The position numbers were made by a program, and so were the translations under genes. The notes under the pieces are model-generated. The model was not told where the DNA came from, searched no databases, and saw only the letters and a program-made list of their open reading frames with translations. This document shows, in pieces, positions 1 to 12,735 of a stretch of DNA of 64,000 nt. The stretch covers positions 20,541,401-20,605,400 of the forward strand of contig NC_068992.1 in NCBI RefSeq assembly GCF_001194135.2, written 5' to 3'. Within the stretch, counting starts at the first letter, position 1. Each line of letters opens with the position of its first letter. Source of the stretch: Octopus bimaculoides. Its lineage: Eukaryota.

Positions 1-44
<44 letters not shown>

Positions 45-457
45 CATGGATGTGTGTGTCTGTGTGTGTGTGTCTGTGTGTGTGTATGTGTATGTGTATA
101 TATAGAATTGCGTGTGTATGTAGATGTATATGTATGTGTTTCTGTTATTTTCTATGTAGATAATGTTACACGTTACATTTTGGAGTGTGTACGCGCGTGG
201 CATTTATGTACGTTACAGTCTATAGGACTTTGTATTTCTGTTAACATATTTGTGTGACGATTTTGTTCTTTATACCCTTCCTGGTGAGATTGCTGCATTA
301 CTGACCATAATTTCTCGGAAATATTTGGAGTGCAACCGTCGAAATATATGTAGGAGACGTCAATATATAAATGGTTTAACGACATCGCGAGGGTTCGTGT
401 CCTTATTCAATTTTCCTATTTTCTACTAATTACGACCGCGAGCCGAATGCCTTACTA

Positions 458-490
<33 letters not shown>

Positions 491-1259
491 NNNNNNNNNN
501 NNNNNNNNNNNNNNNNNNNNNNNNNNNNNNNNNNNNNNNNNNNNNNNNNNNNNNNNNNNNNNNNNNNNNNNNNNNNNNNNNNNNNNNNNNNNNNNNNNNN
601 NNNNNNNNNNNNNNNNNNNNNNNNNNNNNNNNNNNNNNNNNNNNNNNNNNNNNNNNNNNNNNNNNNNNNNNNNNNNNNNNNNNNNNNNNNNNNNNNNNNN
701 NNNNNNNNNNNNNNNNNNNNNNNNNNNNNNNNNNNNNNNNNNNNNNNNNNNNNNNNNNNNNNNNNNNNNNNNNNNNNNNNNNNNNNNNNNNNNNNNNNNN
801 NNNNNNNNNNNNNNNNNNNNNNNNNNNNNNNNNNNNNNNNNNNNNNNNNNNNNNNNNNNNNNNNNNNNNNNNNNNNNNNNNNNNNNNNNNNNNNNNNNNN
901 NNNNNNNNNNNNNNNNNNNNNNNNNNNNNNNNNNNNNNNNNNNNNNNNNNNNNNNNNNNNNNNNNNNNNNNNNNNNNNNNNNNNNNNNNNNNNNNNNNNN
1001 NNNNNNNNNNNNNNNNNNNNNNNNNNNNNNNNNNNNNNNNNNNNNNNNNNNNNNNNNNNNNNNNNNNNNNNNNNNNNNNNNNNNNNNNNNNNNNNNNNNN
1101 NNNNNNNNNNNNNNNNNNNNNNNNNNNNNNNNNNNNNNNNNNNNNNNNNNNNNNNNNNNNNNNNNNNNNNNNNNNNNNNNNNNNNNNNNNNNNNNNNNNN
1201 NNNNNNNNNNNNNNNNNNNNNNNNNNNNNNNNNNNNNNNNNNNNNNNNNNNNNNNNNNN
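491..1259. other. Assembly gap (N run); similar gaps at ~3720-4047, 6519-6688, 34640-35055, 38385-38918, 44549-45052, 49755-50439, 59120-59479 plus several short ones
   Basis: Runs of N, nearly all bordered by (TA)n or (CA)n tracts, consistent with assembly breaks at microsatellites. Confidence 0.98.
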
Positions 1260-1335
1260 TATATGTATGTATACATATGCTTATATATATATGCGTGTTT
1301 GCGTGTATGTGTGTGTGTGTGTGTGTGTGCGTGTA

Positions 1336-1397
1336 TGCTGCTCCAATATGAGCACAGCCTAAACGCTGAAACATAGTAGAATAGAAGAACAAAAGAA
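1336..1397 (+). mobile_element. 3' end fragment of SINE family B
   Basis: ctgctccaatatgagcacagcctaaacgctgaaacatagtagaatagaagaac resembles the 3' end of the family B copies at 12735 and 48570 (gtgctccagcatgg..gcagtcaaat.actgaaacaa.taaaa). Confidence 0.4.
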
Positions 1398-2573
1398 TAC
1401 ACACACACGTATAAATATACATACATACATACATACATACATACACATAGATGTCCATATACCTAATGTAATCTATGATTGTTTTATTTGGTGATTACAT
1501 TGAAAGAAAATTGCATTTCGCTGACTAATTTTGATTTATGAGATGTTCATGGTATTTACTAATAAATCATATCTAGTAGCAGTTGTCTCATGCTAAAAAA
1601 TGATAGAAAGCAATGAGCGAATATGCAATATTTCATCAGCATTCTATTAGCCACAGTATACTGTAACTTATATAGTCATTAGTGATCCTCGTAGACTATG
1701 AGAATTGTAATTGTATCGCAATTAAATCTGTTTCTTTTATATGTGAATCGACTGCAATTTGTTTTCCGAGTCAATAATGCAGTAGCTTTCATTAGTGTAT
1801 TTTCAATATTCTGTTTTATAGGTAAAGAGCTAAGTTGCGGTGATGTGCGAAAGTGGAAAATTATGAAAGCGTAAAAATTTTAAATGACTGAATAAATTAG
1901 TCGTAGCTTCAAATCAGTCATAACAATGGACAGTGACTTAGTGGACCAGTGACGTAGGAAGTGTTTATATATTAATGGGAATTACTCGCGTGAGAATGGC
2001 TTTCCAATTGAGTTTTGAGTTTGAGATCTTCAAAACTAATAAAGTTCATATTGAGGCAACTTAGAACAGAACACGTTATAGTTGACGCATGAGAATGTAT
2101 TAGGGTGACAAATAAACAAACCCTTTATTAGATTCTGCTTAGCGCTGTTCAGTATGTGTCATATACAAATACAATTATCGAAACATTTGAATCTCTGAAA
2201 ATAGTTTTAAGTAATACATACAAGGACATCTGCTCTACAGCATACCGTCTGGACGAAAGGCGGACCTATTTAATTATGTACATTTGTCTAGAAAACAAAA
2301 GACGGGATGGTTATTAATACAAAATATTCTATCATACGCTCGTTGAAAGAGAGTTGAATGAGGCGAAAAAACAGCAATAATCCCAGAGTGAGGAAAACTT
2401 AAGATAAAAAAGTTGGAAATATGAAATACACAAAAGTAAGTTCAAATCTTATAGAATATAACAATTATATAACAACCAGAGTTAAAATAATACAACATTT
2501 ATTTGCGGCTTGGAAGGAAAAAAGTTGATATCCTTTATATGTTATTCAAATCTCCTGCATACTCTACCATGCC

Positions 2574-2628
2574 AGTTATATTCAAATTTATACATCTAGT
2601 TATATTCAAATTTATACCTCTAGTTATA
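2574..2628. repeat. 24-bp tandem repeat, about 2.3 copies
   Basis: agttatattcaaatttatacatct / agttatattcaaatttatacctct / agttata. Confidence 0.9.
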
Positions 2629-4047
2629 CTATGTTCAAAAAGATAATTATGCAAGGACCATGGTTGAATTACGTTTGAAGGCTTTTCGATTAGTGTTAAC
2701 CAAGGTCTGAAATACAAAATGTAAAACAAATAAGATATGCCAGTATTCATTAATTTCCAAAGAATATATATGAACATAATATAAATCAAATGAAATGCCT
2801 GTAGACAAAAACCATAGCCAAAGCTGGTATTGACTTTACCTGAAACTGGGATATATACTACAAAGTTCTTTTCTTAGATTTTAGTAGTAGTAACATACAA
2901 CACTGTGGATTCTCGTCTTTCTACATAACATTTTCCATAAATTGGTTGTAATATTTAAATTTATTTTTGTTGCTTTGAAATGCGAAAATAATAAGAAAAC
3001 ATATAGCTAGTGTTATTTTGTAGCTATGTATTTATGATGAAAAAGGATTTCTTAATTAAATACGACAATATTTAGTTACCAATTTATCCTTGTCTGAGCA
3101 CGTCAATTTATTTTAATTGAGTTGACTCTGTTTCTTATTAGCTTACGAGTCAAAGAAATACTCAATGAAATTATGAATACATATACATTTACATATGTAT
3201 GCGTGTGTGTGCGTGTATATGCAAATATATATGTGTGTGTGTGTGTGTGTATGAGTGTAGACGGAGATTTGAAAATATGAACGTCAGAGACAGACAGAGA
3301 GGTAGGTAGAAGAGAGATATAACACAGAGAATAAACGACATTCAGTAAAGGAAGAAATAACCTTATATTGCTATAGCATAGAGATAAATATTTATTACGA
3401 ATGTAATTAGAAAGTTCCTAATCATTTTAAGGATAAATTCAAATATATTTAACGACTGGCTTTATACTTAAGAACAATTAAGAAATGAAAATCAAATAAA
3501 CAATATATATTAAAGTTAAATATTTTGCAAAGTTCCGTGTGACTTCTTATATATTTTCTGACAAGACACTAAAGTTTATTGTATTTTGTATTGTTTTAAT
3601 TCACTTGTTTCTCAAACTTCTTTTCAATTCAAGATATTTGTGCTTCTGCATCGTAAATCTGCTCGGAAATCAAAATGACATTTTATACATTAATTGAATC
3701 CGTTCATGGAAATATATATNNNNNNNNNNNNNNNNNNNNNNNNNNNNNNNNNNNNNNNNNNNNNNNNNNNNNNNNNNNNNNNNNNNNNNNNNNNNNNNNN
3801 NNNNNNNNNNNNNNNNNNNNNNNNNNNNNNNNNNNNNNNNNNNNNNNNNNNNNNNNNNNNNNNNNNNNNNNNNNNNNNNNNNNNNNNNNNNNNNNNNNNN
3901 NNNNNNNNNNNNNNNNNNNNNNNNNNNNNNNNNNNNNNNNNNNNNNNNNNNNNNNNNNNNNNNNNNNNNNNNNNNNNNNNNNNNNNNNNNNNNNNNNNNN
4001 NNNNNNNNNNNNNNNNNNNNNNNNNNNNNNNNNNNNNNNNNNNNNNN

Positions 4048-4091
<44 letters not shown>

Positions 4092-5852
4092 GCATACACA
4101 TACATACATATTTTATATATATACATATATAATACATATATGCTCACAAAGCTCTATATACATACTTAGACTATGTATACATCAAAACATACATATGCAA
4201 TATATTCACATACAAACACACGCACACAAAGAAGAATATGTCTGTGTGGAGGAGAGGTAGTATGTAAATATGTAATCCGTATCTATGTATAGAATGAGAA
4301 AATCATAAAATGGAACGAGACGGAAATAGAAACAGTTTAGGTGAGAGAGAGAAGGAGAGAGTGAAAGATAGAAAGCGAGTGTGAGTTTGTGTGTGTGTGT
4401 GTGTGATGGAGGGAGAGACGTGTAGTTGCCTTATTTTTTTACGGTTTCGGGAAAAGGCATGTTTCGAAATTTAAAATGTAAAATTCATCATATTTCTGGT
4501 TTATGTTTAATAATTATGAATATTTATTCTTTCTTGAATAAATCGATGCTGTATAGTGATTTACTTTCTTTTAGTATTGAGAGTGAAATGAGGCGTTATT
4601 TATTAAAGTGATAGAAGCACTGAAATACTTAGATTTATTTTTAAAACAGAATCATGTTAGTTTTTAGAATTTCTTGCTTGATTACACACACATATCTGAT
4701 TTAAAGGAATTAAAAATATCATATATATAAAATTAAACCATAGTTATTGAAATAAAAGTAGCAATAAACTATTTTAAAATATATTTATTATGTTATATAA
4801 ACACCTGTGTATTTTTGGTTACATTTTATGTTTAAAATTATGACGATTGAAAAAAAAAAGAATATGCTGATAAAACAAATGTTAAGTACGGAATCATATT
4901 TGTTGTTCGCTTCTAATCTGATAAAGTAGTAGATCACTGGATAAAGTTTTACGATCTGCTGGGTGGGAATACTGATGTAGCTTACTTATGTTACATTGGT
5001 TAATACTGAAAGCAAACATTTAGTAAATGGAATAATTTACTGAGCCGTGAGAAGAGAATTCAAAGTTTCAGTGCAAAAACAGTTGTCATAGAAATGAATA
5101 AACAGAAAAAAATATACAAGTTGACCTTTGCTATGAATATTTCGTAAAATTGTTCAGTGAGTTGATTTGTTTTCTAGGAGTAAAATAACATAATGTTTCA
5201 GATATATATTCTTCTTCACATAGAGCATATTATGAAAAGGTACATTTGCCTAAATCTCAAAAAGTGAAAAGGAGAAAATCAGCGGAGTAAACCAAGTGGT
5301 ATATGTTGTGTCGAACGTAAGAAGTGAAGCAGAAATATCAGTGTTGTGGTTTGAATAGCTTCTGACCTTTTCAGTGAGGAGAGCGGATTGAGTGTAAGAT
5401 TAACATGGTCGAAGATTGTTACAAGATTCAGATAAATTAATATTGGAGGACCGCCGTGTGATACAAATCAGCTGAATTAAGAGATAAGACAAAGTAAATC
5501 AAAGAAATGGATGAGTAAATAGATACATGCTGAATGTGGAATTTGCGCACAGAAAGAATATAAAGGAGACGGGAGTTGCTACAGGAAGAATAGCGACACC
5601 TGGCAGACAAATGACAGGAGTAAAGAACGTTTAAAAAAAATCAAACTTTAAAGAATGCAAAGACTGAAGATTTTAGATACTATAAATATTCATAAGAGTT
5701 GTAAAATTAAAATATAGACAGAAAAGATTGCGAGAAATTACAATAGTTAGTGATGAAATGTGTGGAGGAGAACAGAGGTGAAAAATAGATTTAGATAAAT
5801 AGATAGACACAGAAACTATAAGGTTTGAGCATATGAGCATATGTCTCACACA

Positions 5853-5887
<35 letters not shown>

Positions 5888-6369
5888 CATATATATACTC
5901 ATATGGAGAGAATTATGCACACATACATTTACATACATATATATGTATATACATACAGGTGTGTGTATGTGCGCGCGTGCGTGTGTGTCTGTGTGTGTGT
6001 ATGCGTCTTAGTATAGATGCACAGAATAAACGCATCAGAATGCAAAATCAAAATTCAAATTTATAGTTCCCATGGCCTCGCCAAGAAAGTGTTTTAATCA
6101 TTTAAATGATTTTACAGTTTTTGTTAATTGTTAGTCAAAAGAAAGAACAGCTTCGGCAGGCAACTATCTTGCCGAATGAAGCGAACTCTTTATTGTCTTA
6201 AGACACTGGGCGTGAGATTTCCCATATGTTGACAACTTTCTAAAGCAGATTTTGACCACCCACCAACTCCCTGGCAATTTCAGAATTGTGCCATGTCTTT
6301 TAGATAAATCGCTAGGCACTACACATTCTCTCTTTCTTTCTCTCTTTCTTTCTCTCTTTTTTTCTCTCC

Positions 6370-6517
6370 TTGTTTCATTCTGTGTTCCTTTCTCTGGGAG
6401 AGCGTAGGCACGAGACGTTAAAGACATTTTTACTTCCCGAGCGTTATACTAATACATTTGTTTGTTGTCTACACCACCTGTCTTCGACTGTTGTTTTCTT
6501 TTTATGAATTCTCCCTA
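6370..6517 (+). repeat. Hammerhead-bearing ~150-bp dispersed repeat (PLE pseudo-LTR-like), copy 1, degenerate core
   Basis: cttt-ctctggga-gagc-gtag-gcac-gaga-cgtt-aaag, then cccgagcgttatactaatacatttgtttgttgtctacaccacctgtc; aligns with the copies at 59.9 kb and 41.7 kb. Confidence 0.7.
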
Positions 6518-7134
6518 TNNNNNNNNNNNNNNNNNNNNNNNNNNNNNNNNNNNNNNNNNNNNNNNNNNNNNNNNNNNNNNNNNNNNNNNNNNNNNNNNNN
6601 NNNNNNNNNNNNNNNNNNNNNNNNNNNNNNNNNNNNNNNNNNNNNNNNNNNNNNNNNNNNNNNNNNNNNNNNNNNNNNNNNNNNNNNCATATATATATAT
6701 ATATATATACATACATACATGTATATATCTATAAAACAGAGTTTGCATGTGTGTGCGTATGTTCCTTATGCATTCCAAAACTAGGTTGCTGATTTTCACG
6801 TATCAAAAGCTTCAGTAAGCTTTCGGCTACCAACTAGACTGTCTTGTCATTCCCATATCTGCGTTAGGAAAATTTAGGATTATACTTTTTCTGTTTTAGT
6901 CACCTTTGCTTTCCTGCTATGCTTTTTCATTACTGTGAGTATCGACAACGCACATCCTTTTTTCCTGCATCAGTCAGTGTTTCTTCTACAGCCTATAACG
7001 TTACACACTTAGAAAATATAGAGTAATGTCAAATTAATCTATCTTTTGCTACATACATCCTTCAGCAAAGGTTTTAAATTAACGTTCACAACGGCAGCAT
7101 ATTCCTTTCTATTATAAACACAATGCCTGAAATT

Positions 7135-7309
7135 TGGGCGGAAGCGACAAGTCGATTACATTGACTCCAGTACTCAACTTGTACTTAATTTATCGAACCC
7201 GAAAGGATGGAAGTCGACCTCGGCGGAATTTGTACTCAGAACGTATCGTCAGATGTAATACTGCTAAGCATTTCGCCCGGCGTGCTAACGATTCTGCCAG
7301 CTCGCCGCC
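7135..7309 (-). mobile_element. tRNA-derived SINE family A (octopus-type)
   Basis: Reverse complement starts ggcggcgagctggcagaatcgttagcacgccgggcgaaatgcttagc with a B-box-like gagtacaaattcc; clearly homologous to copies at 31221 and 55490. Confidence 0.9.
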
Positions 7310-7699
7310 CTCAACAACAAATTCCTTCCTGTACACTTTGTCCAGCATTCGTTTCAAAATTGTAAAATAAATTATTTTTCTATGAAAAATTGAATTATGC
7401 CTTCTAAAATTTCTGGGACTTTAACTTTCTTCAGCGTGACATTCATTCAATCGTGAATTTTATAACATTAATGCATGTTCCACATATATGTTGACTTGCT
7501 GTACTTTGTTAATTGGTGACGTATAGTAATTTTGGCTAATTTTTTATGCTTCAGAATGTATGTTATGCACCTGTATTGATTACATTTCGTTTCGTTTGTA
7601 CATCGTGTATGTTTTACTGTTTTCAATATTATCAATCCTATGAGTGTGTATGTCTCTATGGGTGTTTGCCTGTTTCTGCGTTCGTTACGTGTATAGTAA

Positions 7700-8844
7700 A
7701 CTATGGTAAGGAGCATTTCACGTTATTCGAATGGGCCGACATCTAATGAAGTAGCCATCCTTATGATTGGTGATCTCCATGAAAATCGTGATATTCTCAT
7801 TCGTGTTCGAGATAACAACCTTATTTCACACACTCATCCCTCTTATAATGCTCTCCAGTATCCTCTTATTCTGTGGAATCGACAAGATGGGTATCATTTC
7901 AATATTTGGCTGACTGAACCTGCAACAGGAGAGCCAATTACAAAAAAAAGGTGTCGTCAAATGACTTCTATTCTTACCAACTCATGTTAAGAACAATCAA
8001 CTCAATTACATATGTCAAATAAACTTTAGTTTCATTCACGTAGTTTCTACTTTATCTCAACAACCAGCTAAAGTTATTTGAAATACATTTCTCTACAAGG
8101 ACCAGGTTTCATTACGAAGTGAAAATAGTTTCACACTTACAATTTGAACCAAAATTATAAGGAGTGATGTTGTGTGAATAATGAAAGTAATGTTTCACAT
8201 ATGTATTATATTAAAGAAAGCTGCTTATTATCTATCTACCAAATAAACCATGTTTTGGGTGCAACAACTCATTTTTACAGCTAAAACAATCTCGGAAACG
8301 TATTTTAAACGTATGCTATTACAGTAGAATTCTACGCATGCGGGAAACTGCGGGAAACATCATACAAAAGTGAAAGATCGAGAGATTTTAGCTCTTTGAA
8401 AGCGGGTAGGTAATGGGTGTGCGAAATGGGGGAAAGAACATTTAGTGTTTCTTTAACAAACATTAAATTATAACATATATATATTTCCCAGATTCGTAAT
8501 CTCTGAATTTTTATACGTACATAAAAAACAGAAAAAAAAATTCGAAAAAGTTACGAATTAAGAAATTGCGGTTTCGATAAAAAATTTGATAACGTGATTA
8601 CTGGACAAAATTGCATTAACCCCACTTTCACACGATGAAACAATACATGGTTTCTGATCCTCCGTAAGAACAGAACGCACTTTCATGCAAACCCATGCAA
8701 ATTGTACTATCCATCTTCACTTTTAAACAAATATTAACTACCATTATGCAATTAACTATATATCAGCTCTGTCGATTCTGCCCATAAGAAATACAATGCG
8801 ACTGTAGGTCATAAAACCCGGGCAACGTCGGAATGCATTGCTAG
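7700..8844 (+). mobile_element. Internally deleted Helitron: RepHel N-terminal remnant (7700-8030) and 3' hairpin plus CTAG end (8817-8844)
   Basis: RYSNGPTSNEVAILMIG..RDILIRVRDNN..ISHTHPSYNALQYPLILW..QDGYHFNI..PATG, then after a frameshift in an A-run KKVSSNDFYSYQLMLR; this matches the Helitron RepHel pattern (PT.NEVA, YD.LQYPL.FW.GEDGY, KKVS..FY.YRLM). The terminus cccgggcaacgtcgg..CTAG is a decayed Helitron 3' hairpin end. Confidence 0.85.
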
Positions 8845-8845
8845 C

Positions 8846-8915
<70 letters not shown>

Positions 8916-9232
8916 NNNNNNNNNNTGTGTGTGTGTGTATGTGTGTGTGTGTATGCATGTGTGTTAGTGTGTGTGTGTGTGTGTGCATGTATATGTATAT
9001 GTATATGTATGTAATATAATTTTTTCTGAATCTTCAGATTTTTCAGTATGTTAGGCCACTGGTTTTAAATTGATATTAGTTAAATTAATACTCAATTTTT
9101 CAGACTTATTACTTAAATTTATATATATATGTGTGTGTGTGAGTATGTGAGTGTGTGTGTGTGTGNNNNNNNNNNNNNNNNNNNNNNNNNNNNNNNNNNN
9201 NNNNNNNNNNNNNNNNNNNNNNNNNNNNNNNN

Positions 9233-9277
<45 letters not shown>

Positions 9278-9280
9278 TAT

Positions 9281-9412
9281 CTTTACTGTCTACCAAATGC
9301 ACTCACAAGTCTTTGATCGGCCCGAGGCTATAGTAGAAGACCGAAGGTGCCACGCAGTCGGACTGAACGCGGAACCACGTGGCTGATAAGCAACCTTCTT
9401 ACCACACAGCCT
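9281..9412 (-). mobile_element. SINE family B (CORE-type, OR-like), 5' half
   Basis: Reverse complement gives ggctgtgtggtaagaaggttgcttatcagccacgtggttccgcgttcagtcc..ctgcgtggcacc..tctactatagcctcgggccgatcaaagacttgtgagtg, homologous to the 48191 copy. Confidence 0.85.
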
Positions 9413-10422
9413 ATATGTTAGTTGTTTGATAGAACTTGAAAACAGATGTAACGCTAGAAAACGACGTAAAGGTATAGCGTGATGGCCAAACGATAGAAAA
9501 CAAAAACACAATAAATGATATACGAATATGTATCAATCAAGCATGGATAATTTATAACACATAAAGACGAAGCTGAAATAGCTTTGGGAGTGAGAATAAA
9601 AATTGATGTTATGTAATGCCTAAAGCCATACTCGGAGGAAAGGCATTCATCTCGCATACATTATGTAGCTAGACAACATGTGAAAATTATTGAATGAAGC
9701 TGTTCATAGGGAGATGGTTTCTATTGGGAAAATATATAACTAAAACGTATGTAATAGCACCTCCATGGTCATTATATAATATATCATAACATTGAATTAA
9801 GAGTAATTTCACAATTATTTACTGTTTCGGAGTAAGTGAAAAATATTTCTAAAATATGATACTGAGCTTATGAAATGGCCCTCAGAATGAGATTGTTTAG
9901 TCGCCACGAAATAACATTGTATCAGCTGGGAAAATAGATATATCCATTGCTGTTTGTCTTCGTATTCCCAAAGTAGATTGTTGAAATGTCTATTTTATTT
10001 CGACAAAACCCATTTTCCCTGTATTAAAGGAACGTTTGCGGATTATGACGTCTCCATCTCGACAGCGGGGAGATGTTATTTCCCCTGTTCATTTCATAGT
10101 GTGATGCGTGTTCATAGCACATGGAAAAGCAATTGCTGTTGAATGAAAGTGATAAAAATTGTGTATGGACATCATTTCAATAACTGTTTGTAATTTATTG
10201 TCATTTTATTACTATATTCTCTTCTTTTCTTCAACTACCCAAATGGTTTCAGCACTATTAAATTTGCTTGGGCATGATATTAATGATGATGTTAAGGCAG
10301 GCGATTTCGGTAAAAGAAAAAAAGATGAATGTAATTTTGTGATTCTCTTACATGTTACGTGCAAGAGATTATAAAACTCTGTTACTTAGACGGACTATTA
10401 AATTTTTGCTTAAAAAGACCTT

Positions 10423-10900
10423 AGCAGTGCCTTTGTGGTTAAGAGACTTGCTTTTTTACCATACAAATCTTGAATTCAGTCCCAGCGTAGAGCGCCTTGA
10501 TGAAGTGACTTTTATAATAATTGTGTGTAGATTTGGTTCACGGTAAGTGAAACAAGCCCGTCGTACATATATCTTTATTTACACGTATATATATATATAT
10601 ATATATATATATCTACATATACGTGCATGTATATATATATGTATATGCTTTTACTTGTCTGTATGTTAGCATGTGTTTGTTTGTGTTTCTATTTGTCACC
10701 CTATATCATTCGACAATTAGTATTGTCTTTGTATGCTCCAGTGACGTTGCAATTCGGCAAAACTGTCAGGTAGATTAAGTACAAGCTTTTTAATAAAATG
10801 AATACTGGGGTCAATTTGTACAGTTTAGGCCTTCAAGGTGATGTTCCAGCATGACCGTAGTTCAATGGCGGAAAAAAATAAAAGATAAAAGATTAAAGAA
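10423..10900 (+). mobile_element. SINE family B, diverged full-length copy with central (TA)/(TG) microsatellite
   Basis: tRNA-like head (gtggttaagagacttgc..gaattcagtccc), gaaacaagcccgtcgtacatat, 3' part ttcggcaaaa..taagtac..actggggtcaattt..gttccagcatgaccgtag and an (aaagat)n tail. Confidence 0.75.
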
Positions 10901-10925
10901 CTCTTTATATCTCACCTTTCATGTA

Positions 10926-11410
10926 TTAGGTTGTTCGGAAAATAATGGCCGATTTCAGAAACATAATTTTATTCTAGAAAAATTAACATAGAAATGAACG
11001 AGATTATTTCTGCCTCGTTGATAAAAATATTATTGGCGTTGATGCTAAGAAATCTTTGAAAGCTGATCCCACTTCTGGTTTGGACCTGAAAGTTTTATCA
11101 TTTAAAACGTGTTTAAAAGCTTAAAGAATGGTAGTCAATGAGTGAAAGATCAGGAGAATATAAAGGATGAGGTAAAGTATCCCAAGTCAGTGAGTTTCTG
11201 CAGCGTCACTTTTGCAACCTGTGGATTTGCATTATCGTGGAGCAGCATTGGGCTACGCCGATTCATCAATATAAGTCTCATCTCTTGCAAGTAAACATTC
11301 ATTTCAGCGAGCTGATTGCAGTAAACCACTGCTGTACTGCTCTGATTATCTTCCCGAAAGCTGTAATAGACAACACCAATTGCAGACCGCCAGACAGTCA
11401 CACATTCACA
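10926..11410 (-). mobile_element. Mariner transposon remnant: catalytic 3' half plus TIR
   Basis: Minus-strand translation VTVWRSAIGVVYY..TAVVYCNQL..RRSPMLLHDNANPQVAKVTLQKLTDLGY, then HPLYSPDLSLIDYH in a shifted frame (mariner HDNA and YSPDL motifs). Terminus TA|ttaggttgttcggaaaataatggccgattt is a mariner-type TIR. Confidence 0.92.
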
Positions 11411-11514
11411 TAATAAGGATAAAAATAGAACCATTATTTCTTCGCGGATCTGAATTAACCAGTGATGTGATCTGAGATCATGTGCTGAAGGAAAAGCAAT
11501 TGCTGTATACAAAA

Positions 11515-11709
11515 TATTTATAAGCCATTTCAGAACAGACAAAAACTGTTAGATTTACTTCAACATTTAAATTTAATTTGTGTCAAAATATTTTCGTCGC
11601 TTTAAAACAGCGACTTGTTCACTGACAAAACTTCACATAGGCGTATACGTATGGATACGCATGTACACATATGCATACGTACCTGCATACACGAATACGC
11701 ATACATATA

Positions 11710-11743
<34 letters not shown>

Positions 11744-11914
11744 CATAAACTCATATATATCATGAACTAACTGTAACTTTCTCAGATGCAGTACGAAATT
11801 TTGTCAGTCAACAGGTCGTGGTTTCAAAGCGACGAAAATATTTTGACACAAATTTAATTCAAATGTTGAAGCGATTCTAACAGAGTTTGTGTGTTCTTAA
11901 ATGGCTTATAAACA
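11515..11914. repeat. Long inverted repeat (~120-bp arms at 11515-11634 and 11795-11914) around a (TACA)n spacer
   Basis: Left arm ttataagccatttcagaacagac..tgtgtcaaaatattttcgtcgcttt..actgacaaaacttc is the reverse complement of right arm gaaattttgtcagtca..aaagcgacgaaaatattttgacaca..aaatggcttataa, with scattered mismatches. Confidence 0.92.
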
Positions 11915-12087
11915 TCTTCCACGCTAGAATTGTTATTTAAACAATCTTAGATAAGATCGTTGTTGCCTAAATGCGATTTTAAATAACTATGAATGAAAAA
12001 CGACAGGAAAATTAGTAATCTGTGCTATACCTTTGTCTTAGTAAATTGAATAAACGACGAAAAATAAACCGCAAATGAGTCACATAG

Positions 12088-12422
12088 GCGCATTCGTGGG
12101 TGTACGATTGGGAAACGTACTTTCCAAACATGTGGTCTTGGTCCCGACCCACTAAGCGGTACTTGGGTAAGTATCTTCTGATATAGCTGACACCTGACAA
12201 TAGTCTTGTGAGTGGAGCTAGAAGACGGAAACTTATATGCATGTAAGTATGTATGTATGTATGTATGTATGTATGTATGTATGTATGTATGTGTGCATTT
12301 TGAGTGAGAGAGAGATAGCGAGACTCACACGCATACTCACAGAGCGAGACTGAGAAGTGTGTGCTTGTGTACGCATGTATGTGGATTTGCAAGGTGGAAA
12401 CTAGAAGACCGTTTTATGTATG

Positions 12423-12461
<39 letters not shown>

Positions 12462-12735
12462 NNNNNNNNNNNNNNNNNNNNNNNNNNNNNNNNNNNNNNN
12501 NNNNNNNNNNNNNNNNNNNNNNNNNATGTATGTATGTATGTATGTATGTATGTATATGTTTGTGTGTGTGCTCCTCGCACCGCCATCGCTTGAATTAATG
12601 AAGCTTTTCGATAGAATAAGTGATAGGCTTACAAAGAATAACTCCTGGGGTTGATTTCGTCGACTAACACTCTTTAAGGCGGTGCTCCAACATGGCCACA
12701 GTGTAATGACGGAAAGAAATAAAAGAATAAAAGAA
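12088..12735 (+). mobile_element. SINE family B pieces (5' part 12088-12235; middle and 3' part 12380-12735) separated by microsatellites and a gap
   Basis: ggcgcattcgtgg..ccactaagcggtacttgggtaagtatcttc..cttgtgagtgg..gacggaaact; then gatagaataagtgataggcttacaaagaataactcctggggttgattt..gtcgactaa..ggcggtgctccaacatggccacagt..aaataaaagaataaaagaa. Confidence 0.8.

Noticed and set aside
277-330. Hammerhead-like cttc-CUGGUGA..GAAAUAUU-ggag
   Set aside because: A6 is mutated and stem II cannot be formed cleanly; too degenerate to call without homologues.
2246-2706. Minus-strand exon-like segments (2246-2287 and 2673-2706) with good splice motifs
   Set aside because: The first has stops in all three frames; the second is short, with no recognisable product. 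Such motif pairs are common by chance in AT-rich DNA.
5520-5650. ECGICAQKEYKGDGSCY resembling an EGF-like motif
   Set aside because: Cysteine spacing is wrong, there are no convincing splice sites, and the frame is short.
6150-6310. Possible Tc1/maT transposase N-terminal remnant (HNSEIAR..KV..PVS)
   Set aside because: Similarity is too sparse and no TIR was found.
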